Part shown: piece by piece, positions 25,701 through 38,665 of the stretch
How positions within the stretch are numbered: position 1 is the first letter of the stretch
Layout of the letters: every line of letters begins with the position of its first letter
DNA from: Chiloscyllium plagiosum
Lineage: Eukaryota
Direction: 5' to 3'
DNA length: 64,000 nt
Assembly (NCBI RefSeq): GCF_004010195.1
Contig: NC_057725.1
Coordinates: forward strand, 39,931,652-39,995,651
Program-made: the position numbers and the translations under genes
Notes under the pieces: model-generated
What the model saw: the letters and a program-made list of their open reading frames with translations, nothing else
The model's database searches: none
What the model was told of the DNA's origin: nothing

Positions 25701-28107
25701 GAAGCTCTGAGGCAGCTTCAGAGTGGAAAGGTGCCCGGTCCTGATGGACTTCCCAGTGAATTCTGTAAGGAATTTATAAACATATTGTCAGGCCCAATGT
25801 TCAAAATGTTTAATGACTCATACAGCCATGATTGTCTCCCGACATCTCTGAGAGACGTCAATATTTCGCTTATTCTGAAAAAAGAGAAGGTCCTGGAGGA
25901 CCACTTCATTCTTCAATGTGAACTTCAAAATCCTCTCTCAGACTCTTGTATTAAGGCTGGAGACTGTGTTAACTTCTATTGTTAAAGAAGACCAGATGAG
26001 CTTCATAAAGGGCCGCAGATCCTCCAATAATGTTAGCAGACTGCTTAATGTAATTCAAGCATGCCAACAATAGTCAATACAGGGATTGATGATTTCTCTA
26101 AATGCAGAGAAGGCATTTGACAGAGTTGAGTGGCCGTACCTTTTCTATACTCTGGAGCGGTTTGGTTTTGGTGAAGTCTTTATAAGATGGGTAAAGGTTC
26201 TCTACAGTGACCCTCTCACTTTGGTCATCACCAATGGGGTGCAATCCAGCAATTTTAACATTGTTAGGGGCAGCCAGCAGGACTGTCCCCTTTCGCCACT
26301 GCTTTTTACGTTGGTGATTGAACCATTGGCGGAGGCCATTTGTTGGGATCCTAATATATCGGCTCCAGAAGTGGGGTCAAAATTACATAAGATTTTGTTG
26401 TACGCGGACGATGTCCTCATTTTTTTTTTGTCAAACCCTTACCTGATACAATGCATCACTGCGTTTGGCGCCTTTTCGGGGTACAAGATTAATCTTGCAA
26501 AATCAGAGGCTGTGCCTGTGGGTGGTCTTACGAAGGTGCTAGGTCTTGAGGGCGAATATCAATTCTCATTTAAGTGGTCACAGGAGTTTTGTGTACTTGG
26601 GCATATTCCTTACTTGAGTTCTGGATTGACTGTTCAAAGCTAATGTTGTTCAATTATTTAACAAAATCAGACAAGACCTTCAAAGATGGGAGGCACTTCC
26701 GGTCTCGTGGTTGGGTCAGATAGCGCTTATTAAGATGAATATTCCTCCTCCCCCCACTTTGTTATACCCTATATGGATAATTCTCCCTGATTTTCAATAA
26801 ACAAACATTCAGGAGACTGAACAGCTGGTATTTGGCATCGTCAGGGGCCCATCATTAAATTAGCTAAACTGCAGTTGTCTCACAGATTGCGGGGAGTGGA
26901 TCTCCCGGACATTAAAAGCTACCAACTAGGCTTGCTTTTATCCTACATGAGTGATTGGGCTTGTGGGGACCCTTTTCAATATGGTTAGATATTGAAACCT
27001 CCCAGGCAAGGTGCCCCCTTACTACCTTGCTGTTTTTGGACAAAATGAGGACAGTTAGGGAATATTGCCATAACCCAATGGTTAAAAAGGTAAAAACAAT
27101 GACTGCAGATGCTGGAAACCAGATTCTGGATCAGTGGTGCTGAAAGAGCACAGCAATTCAGGCAGCATCTGAGGAGCTTCGAAATCGACGTTTCGGGCAA
27201 AAGTCCATAACCCAATGGTTGTCAATACTGTTGAAGCATGGAGGGCAATTCGGCAGAGAGAAGGCAATGTTGGCAAAACATCTTCTCTTACACCTATAGT
27301 GGGTTTGCCGGGTTTTCAACCGGGGGTGATAGATGCAGGATTCAAGCATTGGGCAGCTCAGGGTGTGTCTTGCATGGCGATTTTTTTTGAGGGAGACACA
27401 ATGATGTGCATTGATCAGTTAGCACGGAAACATGTGCTATCTAACAGGGACCTCTTTCGTTTTTGTTATCAAGTTTGGGATTTTATTCAAAAAAAGACTT
27501 TTGTCTGATCCCTACGAATCCGACACAGAAAGGAGTGCTCAGTGCTAAGAGTACACTTTCTGTCAGCACTTTATATCATCAATTGGGGGATGCCCCCTCA
27601 GATGAGTTCTATCAATTCTGCAGGATGTGGGAGAGAGAGCTAGGCGTTGAGGTCTCTTCAGAGGCATGGGAAGATACTTGGCAAAACGCAAGAAAGATAT
27701 CAATTTGCAATAGGATTCATGCTTTACAGTTGAAGATTCTCCACAGGGTCCACTTGGCTCTGGACCGTTTGTCAAAATTTAAGCCAGGAATATCTTCAGC
27801 ATGTCCCAAGCGTAAGGTTGGTTACAGGCGTTCTTACCCATTGTCTCTGGACTTGTAGTACACTTTAAACATTGTGGTACACTGGAGCGCTGTGGTGGAT
27901 GCACTGGAGAGGATTTTAGGTGTAAGAGTAGAGAAGGACCCGATCTCTCTCCTCGGCCTGCCCAGTGTGTTCCCTGCAGATGCGCATAAGAAAAAACTTT
28001 TCAACATCCTCACCTTCTGCGCAAGGAAGAATATCTTACTAGGTTGGGTATCTGATATTTGTACTATTTTAGAAATCTGTTTTTTCAATAAAAATATATT
28101 AAAATTA
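22761..28107 (+). mobile_element. Near-full-length, decayed L1-clade LINE (ORF1 ~22943-23757, ORF2 ~24415-28050)
   Basis: ORF1 motif DDLENRGRRKNILIIGLPE. ORF2 endonuclease TWNV...LLQETHL...ISDHAP, RT PGPDG/AEKAFDRVEW/PLSPLLF/LYADD, and C-terminal LQLKILHR..CPK. AATAAA at 28087. 14-bp TSD aaaagtgaatgtgg at 22747-22760 and 28108-28121, at a TT/AAAA site. Many frameshifts. Confidence 0.95.
27084..27204 (-). mobile_element. 121-bp PLE pLTR fragment inserted in L1 ORF2
   Basis: Perfect 16-bp TSD ccataacccaatggtt at 27068-27083 and 27205-27220. Minus strand starts acttttgcccgaaacgtcg. Confidence 0.92.
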
Positions 28108-28159
28108 AAAAGTGAATGTGGAACCTCTAGTTTATATCTGCATAGGTTCAGGAGCTACT

Positions 28160-28645
28160 TGTGAAACTTGAAAGGGTTCAGAGAAGATTTGCAAGGATGA
28201 GGGTTGGAGGGTTTGAGGTATAGGGAGAGGCTGAATCCACTGGGGCTGTTTTTCCTGGAGTGTTGAAAGCTGGGAGGTTAATAAAATCATGAGAGTCATG
28301 GATAGGGTAAATAGACAAGGTCTTTTCCCTATGGGTGAGTCCAGAACTGGAGGGCATAGATTTAGGGTGAGAGGTGAAAAATTTTAAAAGGGACCGAAGA
28401 GCCAACTTTTTCACACAGAGGATGGTGTATGTATGGAATGAGCTGCCAAAGGAAGTGGTGGACGCTGGTACAATGACAACATTTAAAAGGCATCTGGAAG
28501 GCTATATCAATCGGAAGAGTTTAGAGGGATATGGGCTAAATGCTGACAAATGGGATTAGATTAATTTAAGATATCTGGTCAGCATGAACGAGTTGGACTG
28601 AAGGGTCTGTATCTGTCCTGTACATCTCTATAACTCTATGATTTT
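28160..28645 (+). mobile_element. HER1/CR1 LINE 3' fragment
   Basis: NFFTQRMVYVWNELPKEVVDAGTMTTFKRHLE followed by the CR1 tail. Confidence 0.88.
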
Positions 28646-29341
28646 ATGTAGTGGATGCTGTTGTACTGAAAACTGCAAGATTTAACATTATACGTGTCAT
28701 TGCATTATGTCATGATAACTACTACTTAGTTTTCAATAATACTTTTAAGATTTGAACAAGTTCACCAATATATATTTTCTGTGGCTCCCTTTCCTTTTTC
28801 AGCATTTTCTTTTTCTACAACCCAGGATCATTTATAAATGAATATGCTGAATTGTTTGATCTCCCCCTCACTTTGTTCTTTATTCTATGTCTTTATTTGG
28901 TCCATCTTTGGTCGTCATTTCTATCACTTTTGTTTCTTAAACCTCAGTTTTATTCCATAGTACCTATTTGTAGGAGATAATTCGTTCCCTACATTTTATA
29001 GTTACTGCTCAATTTAAATACAATGGTATTCATATAATTTATATTATTAAATGTTTGCATCCAACTCCTGTACCTGCTTGTAAATGTTTCAAGGCTGTTA
29101 TATAAGCATTTAAATCAATATACTGGTAATGAAGGGGACACTTCTTTGTCAGTTACTTGTGCTTACCTAAATTGTTTTGCATCATTTTTCTATGAACTGA
29201 TTACTTGACCTCAAGCATCTTGAAGAATCTTCAAATGTGTTTGCCAACTCCACTTTGATTCCACTCTATCAGCCTCCTAGCTGAGCTGATTCATTGTCTA
29301 GATCTAGAATTAATACCATCTATGTAATATAACCATACATA

Positions 29342-29704
29342 CCATATATGCTCAAGTAATAGTTGATCTCCTGTTTGGCCAAAATATCTGGAAATTTCCA
29401 TATACCACCTATAAAAATCGACCGTCGTTCTTCACAGATAACAGATAAACATCTATGAATCGGTGTGCCGGTCATTATACTCCACCCCAGGTCTTCCAGT
29501 CTGCTGGCCGTCATGCTGCGTTCCGGGTTTTCAGAACTACTGCAACTTGTGTTGTTTTATTCGTTTGGAGATCATTTGGGCTTCTGCTAATGATACGGCA
29601 TGAATTTCAGCCCCTCAAATGTTGTATCCATGTAATAGTCTACCCCAAAATTTTAACCTTAAAAAGTAGTTAAAAAGATTCAATTATTACTTGAGTATAT
29701 ATGG
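29342..29704. mobile_element. pogo/Tigger-type MITE
   Basis: 25-bp TIRs (ccatatatgctcaagtaatagttga / tcaattattacttgagtatatatgg, 2 mismatches), with TA on the left flank. Confidence 0.85.
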
Positions 29705-31838
29705 GATAATTTTTTTTGGAATGAGTTTGTTTCATTAAAAAAGTTTAAAAACTCCAAAATTCAAACATTACACATGGAAGGTTGAAATTTGGAAACATTT
29801 TACAACTTCACTTTACACTTTGAGCATTTTAGCTCTGTTCCTTTTAGCCAGAGCAGAATTCATGCCAGAGTCTGTTTACCCTGTCTGGATAAAAACATTT
29901 GAGAATTTTAGTCAAATCTGTCAATTGCTGCAGAATGTTTTCCAAGCTAGTTTGTAGTTTCACTCAGTCTGAAAAGGTGACCTTTTGGTTCCAAAACTGT
30001 GGTGCAACTGAAGCACATAAAAACCAGTATTAATTTACTACTAATTAAGACTTATTTCTCATGTTCTTTGTAGTTGGTCCAAATGCATTATCCAGAAATT
30101 ATGTTAACCGTTGTATTTTGTTTATTTTTGTCAACATGGGAGCAGAAGGGATTAACATTTGAGTCACTGGTTCATTTTGAAACTACGGTGTGTGTAACCC
30201 ATAATTTTCACGTACTTATGTATTTCAAATATTTCTATAATGTGAATGTTACTCTCAATTTTAAATTATGTTCAGAAAACAAATTGGGAACATCTGCTTT
30301 TTACCCTCTCTCGCTCTTCCACACACTTGCCGCCCTGCCCCTGCTAAACGTGTTATGGGGTTGAGAGAGTAGAGAATGCATCATAACTCAATTTTGCACA
30401 GCAAGGAGTAAGATTGAATCAGTGTACAAATCACTGGGTATATACAAATTCCTGGAAGTTAAGAGATAGCCACAAATTATAGCATCATTGTTATCACCAA
30501 TTGCTGTGTTTGTTGCCATTAGAAATGGAAATTTGATCATTCCTGGACTTGTAGGAAATAACATCATTAATTTTTTTTTCTACTATTCATCATCTTAGCT
30601 GAGGCTCATTTGGTTTGATTTTTTTTGTTTATGTTTTGTTGTGGATTACTACATTTGCACACTTTAGTTATTATATTTAGCAAAGCATTCATGACCAGAT
30701 TCAGCTGATTCATTCCACACTGGTAAGCCCGGTTTTTGGACTCTACATCTTCAAACTGATGTTATTTTCTCTAGCTTTTCATTTTTTATTCATTAGGACA
30801 ATTCACACAAAAAAGCAATGTAAATGGAAAATAATATTTTTACTGTACAAGGAGAGACTGATCACTTAGCAAGTGGACTCTGATTGACAAAGGTGTTGCT
30901 ATTGACTGATCGTTAACTGCCAAATTTTGATAAAAAACCAGCAGGGATTGTGACTGGTTGAAGCATTGGTCTGGAAATGGCCCTCATCAATGTTGCAGTC
31001 TGTGTACATGTTCTTGCTGTAAAGCACAGGGCCCGGTGTATTTATATATGTAGCTTATCGTATGCACAGTCTACCACACTGTGAGACTGACAATCCTGAC
31101 TTGTCACTGTAATTCTTTACACAGTCAAGACTGTCTAACAAATGTTGTCCAAGTGTAGAAACATGTCTAATGTTGGATACTGTGTCTTCAGTTTTACAAG
31201 CAGAGACTGACTGGTACAGTCAATACCTGCAGTGAACAGTCAAAGGGGTTTGCTGTTTGATACAATTTGAAAGTATTTGGGATATTTGGCCTATGCATAT
31301 GGTATCATGCTAACACTGAAATTCATATGCCATATGACTTATTTGTGTGATAGGCAGAATGTCTTTTTGGCTTGAGAGCAGCATTTCGTTAGTAGCAATG
31401 TTTGTTGCTATTGTATAGTAGCAATGTAAAACAACTAGCTTCATCTGTTCTAATTTTTGAGATGCCTTGCCCTTCCAGGGTATTTTAAGGAGTAAATACA
31501 CTTTGAGAAATAAAAGTTAGGTTCTTTTATCAGTTTGCAATGTTATTTCTTTGTTCTCTAAATTTTTGTATTATTACTTAACTGTAAGTGATGTGCAATT
31601 CAAATATTACAGAATAACCACAAAATTACTATTACATATAAGTATGGACAAAATATGAGATTGAAATTGACTAAATTACATGTTCACACCCAGTTAAATT
31701 ATTCTTTGCCTTCTACCCACTGAAGATTAGACAATCTTCACTCTGTGTCTGCAGTAATCCAAGAGATCAGCAAGTGGAAAAAAACAAATCTGGGTCTGCA
31801 TGTTAAAATTTGAAAACTGCTTTATTTGTTTGTTTCAG

Positions 31839-32000
31839 GTCAACATATCTCAGACAGATCTGCAAGGAATTGGCAATACTATAACAATGGTTACACAGGA
31901 TGGGACTACCATCACAGTCCCAACGCATGATGCAGTTATTTCAACACAAGATACGCACTCGGTTACAATGGTAACAACAGATGGTTCAGATGGTCAACAG
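31839..32000 (+). CDS. ZNF143: ZNF143 C-terminal domain exon
   Basis: tttcag|GTC...CAACAG|gtaatg, 162 bp. Encodes [54 protein letters not shown]. Confidence 0.96.
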
Positions 32001-33473
32001 GTAATGGAGTTCTGTTGTATTTTGAGATTAGAATAATATTTTCTTCTAGCTGTTGATCAGTCAAGGGCCAGACTTGTGCTCAGACTAGCTGGACTTTTCT
32101 AATTCTATGCATTTATGCAGAATTTCTATTTTTTTCTAAACTTCTGAATTATTTTTCACTTTCTCAGAACAAAATAAACCTACTATAATTGCATATAGCA
32201 AGTATGTGCATGTTTTGAATGTGCTCACAATTCAGCTTGAGCAGTATGCAAAATATTTAATCGATTTTCCCCATCTACTTGTTGCATTATTTATTGTCAA
32301 CAAAATAAAGTTAAAAAGAAATTTATTTGAGATTATATGTTGAATAGACTTAAAAATATGGAATATAGACTTGAGCAGTGGCAAGTTCAGTGGCATCATG
32401 ACACCCCATCATTCTCTGAATTGACAATTTCAGGTTACATTCATTTCATGCTGATGAATCTCTTTTATTGATTTTAAAATGTTTTGAGATGTTCTGAGAT
32501 TATGAAAGGTACAATATAAATTCAAAAATTTTTGTTTTGTTCTTTATTCTTATTTAGTCTTTAGGTTGCATGCCAGTGTCATTCTTGGTTCAGCCTTTGG
32601 TTTAGGTGTGCTGGCATTTCCCACTTCGGAACTTTATACTGCTCTTGCCAATTTGGTCCAGTCTCAAATTTAATCCTCCTTTTCAGTCGAACCTAGCTCT
32701 GCCATTAGACTTTCCTAAAGTAGAAGCAGACATATTTGGCCCCTTGAACCTGCTATATATTCAGAAAGATCATGATTGATCTGATCATGTCCTTAACTCC
32801 ACATTCCTGCTTACCTAAGAACTCTTCATTTCTTTTCTTTCTCAAGCCTTCCCAAGTTGTTCTTGTTTCACATATTCTTTACGTTTAAAAAGGCTGTCAG
32901 ACTAGTTCCCTAGCAAGACTATGAAACCGTAACAGGGCCTCTTCATTTTACAAATTATTAAGCCTTTGTTTGTTTTGTGGTCATGAGGACTTAATTGAAA
33001 ACTTGAGTGAATGAAAGCAGTGCAAAACTGAGGAATTTTGGAATTTCAAAATCATATACTAGGAGCTTACCTACTTTTGTTTTTTTTCAAAAAAACTTTA
33101 AACACAGACTGTCCTTGTTCGCTGTTGTGAAACAGATTTATTAACTCTGTCACTGACATAAACGACACTTAAGTCAATAACATCTGTTTATTTTTCATTG
33201 TAGCAATAATAGCTAACAAAAGCAAAATGTTTTCCAATCACTAGATCAGATGTCTGGATAACAAGGCATCAATGACTGACAGCTGTATTTGGCAGGCCAG
33301 TTATACATGAATTAAATTTCTGTTGAAATACCATGACCAGTTGACGGCATTATTCAAAATAATCTTCTAAAATTAATAATTAAACCAAATTTATGAAATG
33401 GAATGAAGAGATTATGTGCTTTGTGAATTGAAAGCATTTAAAAAAAAGATTAAAAACACTTGTTTTTCTAAAG

Positions 33474-33656
33474 GTGGCTATAGTGACACCAGATTGTGAG
33501 ATGAGAGGTGAGGCTACTATAGCTGCATTACAAGCTGCATCTGTTGAAGTGGAAAAAATTGTTACCCAACAGAATCATGAGCATCATTTAGTAACTGGAG
33601 GAGCACGACCTGTAACATTACTGGCTACGGCAAATGGCACTCAAATTGCAGTGCAG
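33474..33656 (+). CDS. ZNF143: ZNF143 penultimate coding exon
   Basis: ttctaaag|GTG...GTGCAG|gtgggt, 183 bp. Encodes [61 protein letters not shown]. Confidence 0.94.
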
Positions 33657-34225
33657 GTGGGTTTTCATCATTCTAACTTAATATAAAAAGTAAATGCTTT
33701 GATGATTTTTTTTTCAGAATGAAATTGAAAAATCTTGTCTAAAAAACAAAACGACCTGACAGTTTTGTATTATACTAGAGATCTTTGTGTGCTAAGCATT
33801 CTTAATGACTGATTTCAAAATCCAGTGTTTGTCAGAGTTTCTTATAATTTTGTCTCTTCTCATCCACCTTTAACTTTGTTCTTGTATCTTTAAAACCTTG
33901 TTGCTTCTTTCACATTGGAATCTTGCCAGCATTGTGACCCTGGTGGAAGGGTAAAATTACTGCATTTATTGCATATTATGCACTAATAAAGTTTGATATG
34001 CTTTACGTTTATTGTTTATGTTCCTTTCAAATCAAAGAACTACTGTAATCTGATAATGCTGCCGAGGTTTTTTCCTACAGCATTACAGCGATTCAAGATA
34101 TGTAATTATGTGCTGGAATTGAGAAACAAAAATCAAAATTCAGTTCTCTGAAGAAATTAGTGATCATTTATTCATGATTAGTTTGATACCTTTTACATAC
34201 AAAATCAGCAAATTCACAAATCAAA

Positions 34226-34797
34226 TCATGTTGAGGTTGTACAAGACATTGATTAGGCCACTTTTGGAATATTGTGTGCAGTTCTGGTGTCCCTCCTATT
34301 GGAAGGATGTTGTGAGACTTGAAAGGGTTCAGAAAAGATTTACAAAGATGTTGCTGGGGTTGGAGGGTTTGAGCTACAGGGAGGGGCTGAATAGGCTGGG
34401 GCTGTTTTCCCTGGAACATCAGAGGCTGAGGGGTGACCTTATAGAGGTTTAGAAAATCATGAGGGGTATGGATAGGGAAAAGAGACTAGGTCTTTTCCTT
34501 GTGGTGGGGGAGTCCAGAATTAGAGGGCATAGATTTAGGATGAGAGGGGAAAGATTTAAAAGGGGCCTAAGGGGCAACTTTTTCAAGCAAAGGGTGGTGC
34601 ACGTATGGAAAGAGCTGCCAGAGGAAGTGGTGAAGTCTAGTACAATTACAACATTTAAAAGGCATCTGGATGGGTATATGAATAGGAAAGTTTGAGAGGG
34701 ATAACGGGCCAAGTGCTGTGATATCTGGTCGGCATGGATAAATTGGACCGAAGGGTTTGTTTCCATGCTGTACATCTTTATGACTCGATGATTCTAT
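34226..34797 (+). mobile_element. HER1/CR1 LINE 3' fragment
   Basis: MLRLYKTLIRPLLEYCVQFW...LERVQKRFTKML...RLRGDLIEV, followed by the tail. Confidence 0.9.
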
Positions 34798-36619
34798 CTG
34801 CTTTAGTGATGTACAGTTCTTTATTATAATAGAAATCCCAAGATGTATTTAGGGAAGTGAAGTGTTCAAACTAAATCAGAGTAGAGAGTGAAGTTTCCAA
34901 GTGCTTTCTCCACTCTCAGCTGCTAGTTTGGCAATAACTTCACTGATATAGTAAAGTGGGTTTCCACCAAAGTTCTTCTGCCAGAGTGGCAGTGGTTCCA
35001 TCAAAATTCCCTAACTTGGTTATTGCTCCACCTATTTAAAATAGTAAATTTTCCTCTCTCACTTTTTTCTCATATCTTTTTAAAAAGCTTGAATCATGTT
35101 GACATGTTATTCCACAGTGTTGGACCCATCAAAGGAGAAAGAGAGAGCAACACCGTTCATTCTATTAATCACATGTTGTGATTCATGTACAACTCAACTT
35201 GCGTTCAATCCCATGAGTTCCCTTCCTTTATCATCAACAAGATACTAAATTATCAGTGGCTGCTTAGTATGAAATACTTGAAATTCAGAACTTTTATTTC
35301 ATCTGTATTTTTCAAATTTTTGCTTTTATGGTTTAATCTCACTGCACACTTTTATAATCCATAATGAGGATGTGGATATGACTGGCATGATAGCATTTAT
35401 TCAGATCTCTAATTCCTCCTAAGGAGGTATTAATGTCATAAGTTGTGCAAGGTCTTGCAAAGATAAATTACTGTTGATCTTCATTTTGTCTATTGTTTGT
35501 TAAAAAATTAACATAGCAAAATGTTTTCAAAATTGTACTTAAATATTTTGTTACAAACAATCAACATAAAATGGGATGGAAACCTGTCAATTTAGGTATG
35601 TTTCTAGAGTAAAAAATTAATAAACTCGCACTTGTGGCTGTTGTTTTCACCACTGATGATGCAATAAAAATGCAGAATAAGGATAAAATTGGAATTCACC
35701 TTCAGTATTCTTACAAGGACAATCAGTAAAAACTGATTGCAGCTAAGTAATAGAAAGGAGATATGTTCAAACTCTGTTTAGTTGGGTAGCTACCTTTTGT
35801 TTGGTCCTTGGAGCAGCTTTTGTGACAATAGATAATTAGTTTCTGTGTATTAGCTGTCCTTTAGACTACACAATTACCAACAGGCAACTGCCAAGTTTAA
35901 GCTGAAATTTGTGCTCTGCCACCAGACAATTTGTTCGATCATCAGTGTAAAACTTTAGATCTCATTGCTTTGTCTCCAAACAGTACAGAATATCAAATCA
36001 GCTGGTTTTGTTTTCTAAAGTGTTTCAGTTTGCTGTGATAAAATAACATTGTTTGTTATCTCTGAGAATGGTGGTTGGTCCAGCTTTCTTTTATATTTTG
36101 CAGTGGGTTATATGTGCTTTATATAGGTATGAAGTTGTGGTGGTTCCTTTGACGGCTACTGTATTGGCTTCTTTTTGTTTACATTGTACTTGTTCTGGCT
36201 GAAGGAAGGTATGTAACAAAAGAGCAAAGGTGAGAGACTTTGCAGGTATGGATCGTACCATAAAATTAATTTGGAATCTTCTTGAACTGATCTGTCTGTA
36301 GAGAGATGACTGTAAGCAGGTAATGATCCAACCGTGTTGTAGGATGCGTTAGATCAACAATCTCTATTACATCTCCTGAGTAAAATGTCCAATTAGCTAA
36401 ATAGTTATTGAAATTAGAAAGACAGTAACTCGTGATCTTCTACATGGAAAACCCTTTGTAAAACGATGTGCAGGATTTGTGGAGATGTTTGAAGTTGCAA
36501 TGGATTATTTCAACCCTTAAATTCAACACCTGTACCTTTGCACCTGACTTGACTTTTTATGAAGCTTCTAAAATACATAGACATTTTCTAATATTTAAAA
36601 CACTACGCTGTTGTTCCTG

Positions 36620-37740
36620 CCTGAACTTGCAGAAGGCTTTCGAGAAGGTCCTATGTCAGAGATTAGCATGTAAAACTAAAGCATGGGATTTGGATTTGTG
36701 TACTGACCTGGGTAGAGAGTTGTTTGACAGATAGGAAACAAAACAAATTTTCTGTCTTTTTCTGAGTGGTACCACATGGATCAGTGCTTGAACCCCAGCT
36801 ATTCACAATATATATATTAATGGTTCAAATGAGGGATTTAAATATAATGTCACCAGGTTTGCAGATGATAGAAAGCTGGCTGGAGGATCAACTGAGAGGA
36901 TGATACAGAGTTGCTACAGGGTGATCTGGAGAAGTTGAGTGAGTGGACAAATGCATGGCAGACAAAGTCTAATGTGGATAAATGTGGGATTATCCACTTC
37001 ATTAGCAAAATCAGGAAAGCAGATTATTATCTGAATGGCAATAGATTGATAAAGTGGAAGGTGCGATGAGACTTGGGTGCCTTTGCTGAAGTCACTGAAA
37101 GTTAGCATGCAGCAGGGGGTGAAGAAAACAAATGATACGTTAGCCTTCATAGTGAGAGGATTTGAGTACAGGAGCAGTAATGTCTTGCTGCAGTTGTACA
37201 GAGCCTTGGTGAGACCACAGCAGGAGTACTGTGTGCAGCTTTGGTCTCCTTACCCGAGGAAGGGTTCTGACTATGGAAGTGCAACAAAGATTTACCAGGT
37301 TGATTCCTAGGATGGTGGGACTGATATATGAAGGCAGACTGGATCGGTTAGGACTAAATTCACTAGAGTTGAGAAGAATGAGGAGAAATTTATCAAATCC
37401 TATAAAATTCTAACAGGTCGAGACAGGTTAAATTCTCCTGAAGACCAGGGAATCCAAAATCAAATGTCACATTTTAAGGCTGAGCTGAGGAAATCTTTTT
37501 TCACCGAGAGAATGGTGAGCTTTTGGAATTCTCTGCCACAGAAAGCAGCTGAGGCCAAAACATTGAATATTTTCAAGAAGGAGTTCGATATACTTCTTAA
37601 GACAAAAAGGACCAAAAGGTATGGCGAGAAAGTGGGAATAGGGCACTGAATTGGATGATCAGCCATGATCATATTGATTGGCAGAGCAGGCTCATAGGGA
37701 CGAATGGCCTGCTCTTGTCTCTATTTCCTGTTTCCATGTA
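36620..37740 (+). mobile_element. Old CR1 LINE (RT to 3' tail)
   Basis: QKAFEKV, FADDRKL, LYRALVRP..EYCVQLWSP, FFTERMVSFWNSLP, and a CR1 tail. Confidence 0.85.
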
Positions 37741-37760
37741 GCTAACTTGACTATTCATAC

Positions 37761-38436
37761 TGTTATGGACCAGTCCAGACCCCCTCAAAACACTTGAAGA
37801 TGGTAGCCCAGACCCTAACTTTTCTAGTTGTTTTAGGCAGATGTAAGGTGGATATCGCAGGAGTGATGCAGCTGGTCAAACCACTTGGCTTCAAGTAAAA
37901 CAGAATTCATTTACCCACCACCAAATGAAAAACAAACAAAAGAACACAGAATTTAGAATAACAATGATTTGAAAGCTCGACTGACACGATATTCCCCCAC
38001 AACTTAACAAAGTACTGTTCCAATTTCCTGCAACATCCTCATAAACATACTCCTTGGCAAAAAGGTAAATTCAAACACCGGTGGTTACGGGAGAGATATT
38101 AGAGAGATGGCAGAGGGAATCAACCTGGGACATATGTTGAATCAGGGAATCATTTTTTCCCAGCAGCTTTCTTTGACCAGGATCTTTGAACAGACTGTTT
38201 GCTAAAACCAAATGAAGCCAGAAACAAGCCTGAACTGGCCACTCCCCTTTCATTGTATAAGTGTTTTTTTTAAAAAAACCTAAAAGCCTTTTCCTTGATT
38301 GTTGCCTTAGTCAATATATCTTAGCCATGAGCAAAGTCCCTACTCCCAGACAAATTGGAACCTTTGCCTTTTACATCCCCTCTTGAAAAAAAACTCAAGG
38401 ACAACATAACCTTGCTGAAGGAGCAGCATTGTCACA
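37761..38436 (-). mobile_element. Solo LTR (Gypsy-like)
   Basis: TGTTA...TCACA termini, 4-bp flanks atac/atat, and homology to 13998-14522. Orientation inferred from the reverse poly(A) signal in the sister copy. Confidence 0.7.
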
Positions 38437-38575
38437 ATATAATTTGAGCTTTTCTCGGTGTTTTGACTGACAATGTCTAATGATCAGTGGCACATTGTTT
38501 TGAATTGACAAATGGAGTTTTATCAAAAAGGAAATATTACATTATAAAAATTATTATAATTATGTTTTCTTATAG

Positions 38576-38665
38576 CTTGGCGAGCAGCAATCATTGGAGG
38601 AAGCAATCAGATTAGCATCTAGAATACAACGTGGTGAATCACCAGGGCTTGATGAACATCAATAA
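38576..38665 (+). CDS. ZNF143: ZNF143 last coding exon, to stop codon
   Basis: tatag|CTT...CAA TAA. Encodes LGEQQSLEEAIRLASRIQRGESPGLDEHQ*, matching the ZNF143 C-terminus. Confidence 0.96.
   Translation, partial: LGEQQSLEEAIRLASRIQRGESPGLDEHQ

Noticed and set aside
29320-29673. CpG-containing segment with small ORFs; possible foreign or conserved element
   Set aside because: Fully explained as the interior of a MITE bounded by 25-bp TIRs.
30850-31190. Repeat-like segment, possibly a retroelement terminus
   Set aside because: No TIR, TSD or coding motif identified, so it cannot be classified from this window alone.
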